A stretch of 64,000 nt of DNA from Chrysomallon squamiferum (lineage: Eukaryota; Animalia; Mollusca). The notes below the pieces were generated by a model. That model saw nothing but the letters and a program-made list of their open reading frames with translations. It did not search any database and was not told the origin of the DNA. Location of the stretch: the NCBI GenBank assembly GCA_012295275.1, contig CM022677.1, positions 10,292,001-10,356,000 on the forward strand. The letters run 5' to 3'. The position numbers and the translations under genes were made by a program. Below, one piece after another: positions 16,801 to 29,828 of the stretch; position 1 is the stretch's first letter; each line of letters opens with the position of its first letter.

Positions 16801-19800
16801 AAGTTCCAGTTTTTTCACTTCAGAAGAAGAGTATGTAATAAATGGTGTGAAGAAGTAGAAGATTATTCCTTCTTGTTCTTGGCCAAGGTTTGTAGTTGCT
16901 TGTTTTTCCAGTGACAGAGACTTCAGTAAAGTTGACTGATGGGACTCACTGGTTCAGCTGGTTGGCTCAAAATACGTTAAAAAGCTTAACTGAGAAAAAT
17001 TCCAGATGCAATATTGTGCAATATGCAGTTAGTCAATCCACACTGTTCACTTACATGTGAGTGATTAGATCAAGAGACAGATGAACTTTGTGAAGTTAAT
17101 CAAGTTAGTTGCAGTGAACCTGTTGATCCTCACCTTTGACAAACTCCCTCTAAGAATCTGCTAAAGCTGTTGTTGCTTACGGCCCAAACCTTTGTAAAAA
17201 GTTTGAAACAGACAAAATGCATCCCATAACAAACTGACTTTGTCACTGTGGTAAGTTTAATCATGATAACAAGGCATGTCAGATTGATAATACGGCATGT
17301 ATCATTTGCAAAGAGAAATATTTGTCAGAATGTATGAAGTTGAGAATGGAAAACAGGTACAACAAGTTAACAAGGAAACCTGTAAAATCCAATTCACCAG
17401 GTGCAGTAGAAAAACCTATATTGCAGCTATGTTGCATTTATTGACAAGATTTATTCAAATACAGACTTAAGAAAACTTGAGAAACAAGTTGCTAAAGCTT
17501 TCAAACAGCAGGGATCTTTGGATTCTTAGAATCTGACTGGACTGATATTTACTGAGGAGTCAGGCATCAATAAGACCATGTCAGGAAGAGGAAGCCATTG
17601 CTATTGCAGATCATTTTTTTTAATATAAATTTTTTTTTTTTTTTTTACAGCTGTGTTTCTTTCTGTTAAAAATAGATCTGTTAACTTTAAATGTGGAAAT
17701 ACTGAGATATGTGAGTTAGTTTCTCTAGAAGAGCTGTGGGATGTGCTTCGTATATGTCACAATACTTGGAATATCTGATTTCTCTGTTTTGTGTAACATT
17801 GCTGTAAGGGATTTAAAACACATCCGTGGTTTCAGCCACCGAGGTTGCGTACGTGATTTTATGTGTCAGTTTTTAATGACAAAACCTTTAAAGTTTCTGC
17901 TTCCTCCAATCCTCTTCATCAGGACCTAGCTGTTCCTCATCACAGCATCTTCTCTGTCACCATTCATGTTTGCCTCAAAAAACATTTCAGACCACATTTT
18001 CAGATGAAAATCCAGTTCCATTTGTCGAGGAAAGAAAATTTTGGGTATTATTTTTGATAGAAAGCTGTCCTTAACCCTCATTTAAAAAGAAGGACTTGAA
18101 TATTTTAACAGCTACAGGACATAATTAATGGGGAGCAGATTGAAAGGTTTTATTCCGTTTGTGTAGATCTTTTGTGAAATCAAAATTAGATTAAGGATGA
18201 ATTGTGTCCTACCTGATCAGTTCTGTTCACATCCAGGGTTTCTTCATCATCTCATAGAATAAAGGTGAACAGTGACCATTCTCAAAGTGACAGTGGAAGC
18301 ATCTAAGACAGAAGTAAATACTTTCACTGACATGTAACAGATGTGATTTTCTTTTCATGTAAACAGTTCAATTTTGTTTGTGACAAATGTTACACAAGTC
18401 TGAACAAGATGCTTTAAATCAGTTTTATTGTGCCTGCTTTCAGAAAATATTTAAACTTACATATTCTTTAATGTTACTGACATTTCAAATTGAGTGAAAT
18501 CAAGTGTCAAAGTATCAGTTTGATATCAGTGATTTGAAAGTCTTAATATTACTATTTTGGGGTGGTTTGTTGTCTTAATCATGTTCATGTTAGAAAATAA
18601 ATGAAGATTAAAAATTTTAAATTTTAAAGTTTTATGAATAATTTTTAAATTTCATAATGAAATAAAAAAGTTCAGTTTTTTTCTCTTGTCCCTTGACAGA
18701 AGTGACATTATTGACATAATTAAAATAAGTAACATGTGATGATTGAAAGAAACAGTTTTAACAAGAAGTGGAGATATATTGTAATATCTTGGTTGAATTT
18801 CCCCACATGTTTTTAGAGCAGTGAAAAACAAGCATTAGCATCCTCATACGTCTCATTTGAAAAACATTTGTACCCCTTAACTCTTGTTATCATCTTGTAT
18901 AAAATAGTTTATTATGAGCAACAGAGATATCTTTGAATCAAGAGCAGTACAAGACAGCTTACATTTCCAGGTTTGCTGTCATCTTTACTACTAGCAACAT
19001 TTCTGTCTGAAAAACGTCAGACATTGTCAGAATTGAAAATGACACAAACTTGATCTGTGTCGTTTGTCAGGATTGACAGTTGGCCAAGTCAAACATCCTC
19101 CTAGTAATCAGTTTCTTAAAACTGGAATCTACAGCAGTCTGATCCTGAACCACTCAGTTTTGTCAACAATTAAATTTCACAAAAGGTTACAAAAAATGTG
19201 TAATGTGTTTTTGTAGCCACTTGTTTATGAAGATGTATTATTAAATGTGACAGAATTTACACAACCAGGATTTTGTATAATCACTGAAATCTGTTATTGT
19301 GTCACTGCAATCAGCTTCTTCCATCCTCTTGTAATAAATATAATAAATAAAGTACTTCTTGAGTAGACTAGATTGTAGAACAGTTGCTAGTGACTATTTT
19401 AGTAAACATCTAATAGAAAAGTATGTTAGGTAAGTGTAATTTTAAGTTTATGTTGTGATTAGAATTTAAAATGACCACTGTCCAGTAAGATAAATGGTTA
19501 AGAAATATTTTTAAAAATCAGTGATGGAACATCAAAAGTAAATTTTATTTAGTCTAATCTCTTTTTCATCACAAGTTTGAAAAAATAATATATTCATGTC
19601 TGGAAAATTAGATATAATATTAACAGACAGAATAAACTGGTGGCAGTGTTAATTAACTACTTGTCATATGTAAAACAGTTACAACTGGTTTAACACTGGT
19701 TTGCTCAGTTACAAAGAGTGAAACTTGTTTACCACAAACAGATTCAGTCTGAACAGCTTGGCATAAGCAATTATGTGTTTTTTTCTATAATTACATTTAC

Positions 19801-22800
19801 ATTATCATGAAGATGGGAAAACTTAATTACAATGACACAAATTTGGTAAAACAGTTTCAGGGAAATGTATAAAATAACCAATTAAATTTCAGGGATTAAA
19901 GATGTATTTCCTGAGTGAATCAGACATTATACAGATATAACCTGTGTATGTTTGTGTATTGTTTCAGATGTAGTGAGGTGAACTCATTCTGCCTGTACCC
20001 GTGGGTTCACCAGTGGACAAACCTGAAACACACGTCAGATCAGACCACGCCCATCAGATTCCCTGACATCAACCCCACAGACCTTGCTCCCAACTCCAAC
20101 TTCTCCATGGCTGCCGGAGATTTCCTTGAAGTGTACACTGACCCAGGTACAAGACATCACCTGTTTTCTTTCTTACTGTTCTCAATTTGTCAGTCAACAG
20201 AAAATTCCAGGGAGTTTAAAAACAAAAACATAATTTAAAAATACTTTATAGGTCTAGGGAATGTACTTTATCGTGCCACCAATATTTTAATTTTATTTTA
20301 ACCTTCATTTTTCTTTTTCCTTTTTTCTCTTATTTCAGTGATCGTAAACTCGTCTTGAGTCTTCTTTATAGGTGTCAGTAGAGATACATCTTGTTTTTTT
20401 ACATTTCTCTTTAGTGTATTATCTCAAACTGCAGTTGACATAATATTTAGTAAGTTTATAAATTATTTTATTTTCAGAAATGTGGGACTGTGTGGCAACA
20501 GTATTTTTCATTGACACTGCTCACAACATCATCGCCTACATCGACAGAATTTACAAAATACTGAAATGTGGAGGCTACTGGATCAATCTGGGTATTTTCT
20601 TCTACTTTACCCTCTTCCTTTTTAATTCTTTACTGCTTTTTCCTTTTTAGGTTAAATTTTGTTGATGTATTTATTCTAAAAAATTTAAACTGAATATTAT
20701 AAATACATTTTTTGTTTTAAATTATGATATACCTATATATTATAATGTTATTACAGTGAAGCTCCTCTAAATCAAAATTCTCTCAAAAAAAAACTTATTT
20801 TGTCACATCCTAAATTATTCGTAGGTTTCATTAAGGGCCAATCTGTGACTAAAAAGGTGCTTTAATGGCCACTTAATGAGGAATTTTAAAACTAAATTGA
20901 CAGCAATCTATATAAATTAATAATTTGAACGATCCACTAGAGAAATAAACATCACAAGTTAAGGCACAAGTTAATTATTTAATTATGATACAACGGTGAC
21001 CCAAAATGAATGATGCCCATAGAAGTGCTCATATTTTCCACAGCTGATGAGAGATTTTACTTATTTTTCACACAAATTTATCTTTTATAACATTCAGTCC
21101 TGAATGTTTGGGTTCTTAACATCAATTGTCATTTATGCTTGTTCTAAAATGTGTTCAAGATGGCCACCTTGATGACGTAGACACTCCTGAATGCAGTGTG
21201 TGAAACTATCAGTCACGCAGACACACTCCTCTCTTGGGATAGCCTAATCTTTGTGTGATTTCCATTTTCAAGTTCCTGATTGTCGTAAACATGGTCCTTC
21301 AGATAGCCCCACAGGTAGAAATCTGGGGGGGGTTCAGGTCAGGTGAGTGTGGGTTCCACTCAGGATCACATCTCCTACTGATCAGCCGATACGCAAATCA
21401 TTGCTGCAGCCAACGTTTGGTTTGAAGTGTGTGGGATTGCTTCTCTCAACTGATGCCTCTATGTCTCCCTAGTGCAGTCCAAAACTTCCTCATGACCTCA
21501 AGATAATGTTCTGAGTTTACACTGAGAAACTGTTCAGTTTTGTCTTTGAACCAAACAGATCCAATGATGCCATGCTTATCAAATGTAATGGATGCTGGAG
21601 GACATCCTCTGTTGGTACTGTACTCCAGAAAACACAGTTTTTGCTGTTGATCTGACAGGAGAAAAAGAAAACAGTTTTTGCTGTTGATCTGACAGGAGAA
21701 GATGTGCCTTCTCTGAGAACCTCACATTGTCAAGAAAGTCTGGATTAGCTTCAATCTGTTCACAGAACAATCGACACAGAACAGTCTTTTATCCCGGTCT
21801 CCTTGTGTCAGCTTCTGTTTAGTCTGGATTTACGATCTGCAATGAGGTCTCAATGATTCCCGTGGAATGGCAAGCTCCTGACTGCGTGTTCACATTGACT
21901 TCTTGGGGCTGCAACTGACCGAGGCCTGGACAGCATCAACATTCCTTGTCACTCTCACATCCAAATGTCATCCAGTTGTGAACCCTTCACTTTTAGCAAT
22001 GTTCCCTTGCTCTTGAACTTATTGACACATCTGTACATCTGGGTTTGTTCGTATAAAGGTTGAAATTGAACTGCCTGCACATTTTGTGTTGAAATAAGTC
22101 TCAACACAAAAAGTATTTTGTTCAGTCATCCAAGGCATTTTTCGGAAACTTTTGTTGTTGATCCTTATTATTATCTCCTCCTCTAGTAGAATCTGAAAAA
22201 TACAATTGACAAATTAATAATGATTTTATTCACTATTATGTGGGTTTTTTTTCGGGGGGGGGTCACCCTGTAATACACTTGAATCAATCCACGAGGTTTC
22301 TTTTCAACAGTTGAATAATTAAGCAGATGCTTATTAAATTTTCTTGAAAAAACAGACACCTTACCCTCTCGAAGTATAGCAAAAAGTCCTATTACGTCAT
22401 TAAGGTCTTGCCAAGTGTCATTTGCCAGAACAATATCACAAGTCCTGAAGCACATAGATCATTAATGCTGCAGGGGCTGTTCTTCAATCTGAATGGCATA
22501 GCATCAGGTGTATAAATCTGCAGTCAAAGGAATCTGGAGATATCCTTATAACAAATCCAACTTGGAGATGCATTTGGCATTTCCAATTCTGTCAATTCAG
22601 TCATCTTATCTTGATAGGAATCTGCTTTAATAACTTTGTGCAAATCGGCACATAACCAATGGCTGTCATCTGGCTTTGGTACTGAGATGCAATGACGTGA
22701 AGACTTACCTTATGATGGTTTATGCATGTACTCAGTTTCTCTCGTCATTTTGTGTGGATTCATCCTGCAGGGATGTTGTTGTTAACTTACACAGTCATCA

Positions 22801-25800
22801 TTCGAGTGGTCAGAACCCGATCATGATACTCCCTAAACAGATTAATAAGGCAAAACCTTGTGGACTTGCCTCGATCTGGTGTATTAACAATACTTTATGT
22901 TCTACAATGACGGACCAAAAAATTTACTTTGCAGTGATGATTTAATGATTGGCAAATACATTAGTATCTCTTTCTTATGGATTAAATTCTCTTATTTCCT
23001 ATCAAATTGTTTTTTTATTTTAATTTGAGCCATCTCTGAATGTTTTTGGTCTAACTGAGTCACGTGCTATAACCTGTCTTTATTTTAGCTACATAGTTCA
23101 AAAGACTTTCTGAGCTATTTTCCTATAACCAGTTATTTTTTACTAACTTTAGTGGACCTTTGGGACCATATAATCAAGTCAAATAGGGAGAAACCCAGTG
23201 ACTCCTGTTTTGAATCTCTAGCAGCAAATAGTACATACAGTATCCCCTGATCCCAATCTTGACCATGTGCATTGCAATAACATCTCAACATGCTTTTTCA
23301 GCTCTGGTGAAATCTTTCCAGGGCCCCTTGTGACTAAGGTTAGCATTTGTGCAACCACAAGACCACACTAGCTGTCATCTTGTGTAATGGGATTGCCTCT
23401 GGGAACCTAGTATCACGTACCCTGGCTAGCTCTGGGTAGAGGTCCAACAATATCTACTAATACTTTTGAAAATGCAGGTCTGCTGATTGGTACCAATTTT
23501 AGGGGTGCAGGGGACACACCTCACAACTTTTAATGAATTCCTGGCCAATAAAAGGCTGAGGCAATGCGCTCATATGTTTTTGTTCACCCCAAATGACTTA
23601 AACTTAGTATTTCCTGCCTGTATATTCTAGGTACAACTTGAAAGCATTCATATTTCTCATTTTTCATCTGACATGATTTTCTTCATTATGCATATAAAAA
23701 TATTCACTCTCATTTAAAAGACTGTTTTTATCCAGTATTTTTTGATCACACCCTTTCTAGATTGCTTTCTTCTCTGTGCTTCACACAGACTCTGGTTATT
23801 CCAGTTAATCTGTCTCTAACTTGGCAGAACTACGTTTCTGATCAACAGCAACCACTGTTTGACCAGATTCTGATTCAACCTTTTTACCTGAATCTATCTC
23901 ATCTACTCCTTCAAATATCCTTCACATGTACAGGTTAAGTCAATTAAAGGATTTTCCATTGCCACAAACCTAAGTAAATGCAGCATAAACTTGTTATATG
24001 TTTCTGTTTCATTCTTTTTAAAGGTTTCTAAACATTTGTCTATATGCCTCTCTAGGGAGCATATACAGGTTACATCAAATTTAGAACATATAAAAAGCAG
24101 TAGTTTCCAGAAACAGGATAACATCTGTCCCTGCTTAAGACTTAAACAAAGATAACAATACATATCGTTACCAGCCTAATAATGTTCCTTGTGTTCCCTC
24201 AGTGTATCGTCTCCTCTCCTTTCCTCTTCTCTTCAAAACCAAATGTCTTGACTTAAATAACCATTATGCAGACTTCTATGATGGCAGCAAAGCTGATCCA
24301 ATAAAAGTTCCTTTTGACTTGTGTTAATTAATATTAATTTTAATGGGTATATACTCAGATAATACATTTAGCAATATTTACAGAAATGGATAGGTAACAT
24401 ATTTACTTTCTTTAATGATACATACAGATTAATTCTGAGATGTTAGACTGTATTAAAGAAGCTATACAGGTGAATAATCAATATCTTACCAACATTTTAA
24501 TAAACTACAATATTATACAACAGTATAATAAGTAAAAAACAGTATTTACCAATATAACCTAAATTGCAATCCCTGGTTTAATAAGTAAGTTAGGAGAAAT
24601 TTTCTAATTTAAACAAACAGTGCAAACAGTACAACTAAGTATCATTATGAATACTTTTCATAGCCTGATTGAGGCCCTATTAGGGAATGTTTAAGGGCCC
24701 TACTAGGGAATGTTTAAGGGCCCTACTAAGTGAGATAAAAATGGCTTACCCTGATACCGCTGCCCCGTAAATACCTAAAGGTATGGAAATATTCGTATTA
24801 TAAAACTTACTAAGACTATATATATATAGTTAACCCACAGTAAATCAAGGAATCATCTAATCTCATTACAGTTGGCTGGCACTGGATAGCTTATAATTCC
24901 AGTTACTGTGGCAGAGAATGGCACCACTTGTCTAAGATCCATGACGTGGCCTAGATATGATAATTTCACTTGCCAGCATTCACACTTTGCTAAATTGACT
25001 GTAGGCTGAGCATTCTGCAGTCAAGTAAAAACTTCTCAAGATCTGTTATGTGGTCTTGGAAGCTGTTATTGACTATGATAATTTCATCCAGGTAAATACA
25101 AACATTTGTTAATTGTCCCAACTGACAACTGTAGGCATGTTATGTCCAATCAGCAGTACGCGAAATTGGTACAGTTGATCAGCTGTAACAACAGCAAGAC
25201 TTCCTAGCCTGTTCTGACAAGGGAATCTGAAAGTATCGTTTAAGCAAGTGTTGTTTCATGATGAATTGAGCATTGAGGCAGTGGGTAACTTTAATTAATT
25301 GGTTAACTTTGCACAAGTCGGCACACAGTCCAAATTAGCCACCTTGTTGCATGATTGGTACAGCTTCACCAACAAACACATCTTGAACCAGAATGTTAGT
25401 TACACTTGAAGCATCCAGAAATAATTGAATGTATTTCTGTATAAGCATTTTTATTTCACCTTTTGACACTGTGGAAAGGTGGGATAACACCTGGTCAGTG
25501 TTCTCTAGTACGATGCTGTTTGACAGTTTTATACAGTGAGGTTCACGTTTTTTGGCACTGGTTTATCTAAGCTTTGTTTACTGCCATGATTGGCAGAGTG
25601 TGCTCATCATAACCTTCAACAAGTTCAAATGGCAGTATCTAGTCTGCTTCTATTTGGGGTATCAGTGATGTAACTTGCATCACTAATCTTCTGGTTTATG
25701 ACATAAGGTCCAAATTACTTTGTCAGAATCTGTCTTTAATTTTTGAAACATAAATCAGTTCCATATAAAAACATCTCAATATATGTTTTAAAGTTTGGTG

Positions 25801-28800
25801 CCAATGCCCCAGTGCACCTTGGCTTTCAGGGTGGTTGGCACTGGACTTCGTCTGGTGTATTCCTGATAGGATCATCATTTGCTGGAAAATTTTGACATAA
25901 AATTAGACCCTTGGTTTGATTGAGCCTCTTGAGGTAAGCCTGTCATTGCAAAATATTTAATGAGACACTTTGCTATCATAGGTACTGTGACTTTACACAG
26001 TGGAATGATGTTGGGAAATCTGGTCACCACACACATTATAGTAGTAAGTATTGATTTCCCTGAATAGTTTTTGGAAGGGGCCTCTCTATATCAATCAATA
26101 CCTTTGAGAATGCCTTCCCCACTATAGGAATCAACTTAGAAGGGCTGGTGGAATTTTCTGATTTGGCTTGCTGACCATTTGACAAACATAACATGTCACA
26201 CAGTTCTGGGAAACATCCTTGTACATATTGGGACATCAAAAATCCAAAACTAAATGGTCATGTGTTTTTGTGCACCCAAGGTGCCCTGCAAACATTCCAC
26301 TATGTCTTAACTCTAATAACTCTTGACAGTACTTCCCAGGTACTACCACCAAATACCCACCCTCTTCTGGCATAACGTATATATTTTTTCATTAGAACGG
26401 CTTTGTTGATATAAAACCCTTCCTTCTTAGAATCTATCTCTGTCTTGTCAGCTACTTTGAATCAAACCATTTTTGATGTTAGGTTGTTTTTTTTTTGCTC
26501 AATACACAGAGATGTCTTATCCCAGTTAAGTCCTAGTTTATCTCCCTTTTATCAGACGGGTCTACTATCTGGAAAATTCTCATTAATTTGCGTTGCTTAC
26601 CCCCATTACTACATCACCCTTTTAAAATTCATGAAGAGGCACCACGCAATAATTTTCACCTATCACTTACAATATAATATTGCTGCCCATATATGACTCA
26701 ATTGTCTTGTCTATTGATCTATGAACAATTATGCTCTGCAAAGCCCCAGTATCTCTAAACACAGCTGAGCTGTGTACCAAAACATGTATATCTGCACTAA
26801 TTTCTGCCTCTTGTACCCTCTCCACCTTTTGATCTTCTAAATGTTTGCATATATTGACTGACAAACAATCTTAACCTCTTCTAAGATAATTATATATTTC
26901 TGTTTCATTTTTATTTAAGGTTTCTAAACATTTGTCTGTTTGCCTCTCATTAATTTACTATTAATTGTTATGTGATTTCTGTAATTGTACATATTCATAT
27001 AATACATATTGTTAGAAATATTTACAGAAATGGATGGGTAACATATTTACATACTTCAGTGATATACACACCAATACAGGTTAATTCCGAGATGTTAGAC
27101 AGTATAAAATGAGCTACTAACATTTTCATAAACATAATATAATTTATTATAATAAGGTAAAAAAAAAAGCTACCACTGGATTCTACAAGAAGGTATAACC
27201 TAAATTGCGATCCATGGTTTAATAAGTAAGTTAGGAGCAATTTTCTAATTTAAAAAATACAGCAAACAGTTCAACAGACTATGATTGTGAAAACTTTCCA
27301 TAGCTTGATGGAGGCCCTATTAGGATATGGTTATGCTGAGATAAAATGGTTTACCATCATTCATAACAGTTTGAAACAACATGATTTTTCGTTTTGCAGT
27401 ATGAACAACATGGTTGAAAAGATTTTGTTTCAGCTGACAGATTACTCTTTGCTGACATCCCTGAAATAGTTTTATTGTTACATTGTCCTAACTGATGTAG
27501 CCCCCTACCAAAAAACCTTGTTAACATCAAAATTCTTAGCACAACTTGACTCACAACTCTGTGACTTCTGGAAGTAATTATCAGCAGCTACAGCAGCAGC
27601 TTGTACACTTTCTATGCCCTGATCTGCCAAGTGTAACCAAACATTTACCAGTACTTCTTCCAAAATTATTTATTCATGTAATTTGGCATAATCCTTCCCA
27701 ATGCTGCTTGATCTAGTCCATTTATCAAAAACATTCTGTTTTCTGGACACAAACTCACAGTGTTTATCTGAATCTACTTTCGCAACTTCTGAAAGACTGA
27801 CGATATGCCTAACTGGTCATTTGATGCATTGTCAGCACAATTGACTTTAACACTTTATAATTTCCAAACTGAGCATTATCCAGTGAATTATATGCTAGAG
27901 CCCAGTGAATTCAATATACTCTGAACTAATAAATGCCAAAACTGTTCTGGACATTTTAATTCAAAGGCCACTCTTTCAAATTGTCGAAAGAAAATTTCAA
28001 CATCATTCTCATCAAAATTTTAACAATCATTAATTTTTCAATTTTCTTTCTCCATTCTCAGCTTCAATTATCTCTAAACTCTCCTGTCATTTCAAATTCA
28101 GGTTCCATTTTCAGTTTAGTTATCTGAAATTCTCTTTCTTTATCTCAGTCTTCTCTCTCTCTCTCTTTCCTTTTCTTTTCTTTCATATTCCAGCTTCTTA
28201 AGCTCTAATGTTTGTGTGAAAGTTGATTTCCCTTCCTCTGACTGCACTGATTCTGCATACTCAGAGTTACACCTATGTTGTTACTCCCCCCACTCGTTAT
28301 CTACAGAATCTCCAGATAAAACCTCTGTTAAAAGTTCTCTGATTTGCTCTGTCTTGTTTGACTGGGCAATTGAAATATGAATATTTGCTAGCTCCAATAG
28401 CTCAGTCCTGTTGGCTCTTTTGGTAAAAGGTACACTAGAATTGTTCAATGTATCTTGATCCTTAATTATTTCTCAGTTTTTATTTATTTTATTTTTTTAT
28501 CGTTGTGTTTTCTCAAGTGGATACAAACATAAATTAGCTGTCATTAAATTGAGAAAATACTCAAAACATCCACAGAAATAATTCTATAATAATTTTAGAA
28601 AACAAGCTCCCAAATTAATTATTTGAAAAATCATGTATGAGAGCCCTGACTTTTATAATCCTGTCATCTTGGCTCAGTCTAGGCTAACAACGTGATTTAA
28701 TGGCCATCTAACAAGGAATATAAACACTAAATTGACAGCAATCTATATAAATCAATAAATCTATCCACTAGATAAATAAACGCAACACAAGTTAAGGTAC

Positions 28801-29828
28801 AAGTTAATTATTTAATCATGGTGAATTGATAATAATACAGTTGATAAAACATATAGTAAAATAACTTTGTCTAATGATAAGAGCTACTAGTAAGGTCACA
28901 TAGGAACCAAGATAAAATAAGAATCTGCACAGAGGGCAGATAAAAAAAAAAATGTATATGAAATGTTACTGGCACAGGTTAATTGCACTTTAAGCACTAT
29001 CAAAATAAGAACAGACAATGGCTGACTCATCATTAAGGCAATGCCTTGAAAAACTTTGGCTCTCTTGTTGACTTTTCCTTCTGTTTTTAATTACCACATG
29101 CCAGTTCTTTTAAAACATCGTGTTGAGAAATTGGCAGCAAAAATAAAACATGTACAATATAGATAAATATGTTCCTGTGACCATCGGATAGCTGAGTTAG
29201 AAAAGCTTTTGTCATTCAGTACTTTATGTACTGTTCTTGTTAGGAATGAGAGTTGTTCTCTTCACAGTCTTCCTAATGAACCTGTGGCTGCTTGAACTAT
29301 TGAGTTTACATAAGTGTCCAGAAGAACAGCCATGAATTTTAAATGTTTATTTAATCATATAAGTAATTTTGATTTGTTTATAAATGTGTTGATTTGTTTA
29401 TTAATGTGTTGATTTGTTTATTAATGTGTTGATTTGTTTATAAATGTGTGATTTGTTTATTAATGTGTTGATTTGTTGCTGTTGTTATTTTCAGGTCCCC
29501 TCCTCTTTCACTACGCTGACATGGCTAACGAAAGTTCAATAGAACTAAGTTACGAAGAAATTAGAAAAGTTGTCACTAAAATGGGTTTCATTATAGAAGT
29601 AAGTTAAAATAAACATTGATTAATTCTTATTAATATTACTTGTTACAAGTTGTCAAATTCTATAATGTAATGTTAGGAAATCTATGATAAGAATGTAAGT
29701 TTCTGATGTACATTTGATTTTCACAGAAAGAAGAACAAGATGTGAAGACGACTTACACACAGAACCCCGAGTCAATGTTGCAGTACAACTACCTCAGTGT
29801 CTTCTTTGTTGCTAGGAAACCAGCATAA
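13488..29828 (+). CDS. CARNMT1: Carnosine N-methyltransferase 1 (C9orf41/N2227-like), complete, 8 exons, 364 aa
   Basis: Exons 13488-13573, 14182-14380, 15354-15523, 16005-16145, 19968-20146, 20478-20591, 29495-29598 and 29727-29828 total 1095 nt, are phase-consistent and have GT-AG introns. Motifs: [35 protein letters not shown]-binding [60 protein letters not shown]. Confidence 0.96.
16206..16367. repeat. Near-perfect inverted repeat (~64-bp arms, ~34-nt loop) in CARNMT1 intron 4
   Basis: 16206-16269 is the reverse complement of 16304-16367 apart from a few mismatches and single-base indels. Confidence 0.9.
17720..18200 (+). mobile_element. Degenerate non-LTR retrotransposon (LINE) reverse-transcriptase remnant
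   Basis: Fragments [11 protein letters not shown] and [21 protein letters not shown] are typical of the C-terminal RT region of I/Nimb-type LINEs. Stops and frameshifts are present. Confidence 0.75.
20801..28850 (-). mobile_element. Degenerate Gypsy (Gmr1-like) LTR retrotransposon complex in CARNMT1 intron 6
   Basis: Diverged direct repeats at ~20801-20990 and ~28652-28845 are putative LTRs. Minus-strand gag [27 protein letters not shown] (~27920-28020), zinc knuckle [14 protein letters not shown] (~27365-27410), integrase [15 protein letters not shown] (~26050-26130), GPY (~25700), [11 protein letters not shown] (~25090). A second integrase ([13 protein letters not shown], ~23450) and RT ([23 protein letters not shown], ~22560) follow. 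Confidence 0.8.
20991..22270 (-). mobile_element. Degenerate Tc1/mariner-superfamily DNA transposon
   Basis: TA-flanked, with imperfect TIRs (TA|CAACGGTGACC ... GGTCACCCTG|TA). Minus-strand transposase remnants: [16 protein letters not shown] (~22138), [16 protein letters not shown], and [22 protein letters not shown] (~21290-21360). Confidence 0.85.
29380..29478. repeat. 20-bp tandem repeat (GATTTGTTTATTAATGTGTT), about 5 copies, abutting the CARNMT1 exon-7 acceptor
   Basis: Directly visible. Confidence 0.9.

Noticed and set aside
16680-17610. Purine-rich coding-like intronic stretch, possible decayed transposase
   Set aside because: No diagnostic motif could be read.
20751-20790. TACAGTGAAGCTCCTCTAAA, resembling a pogo/Tigger-type TIR
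   Set aside because: No matching opposite TIR was found.
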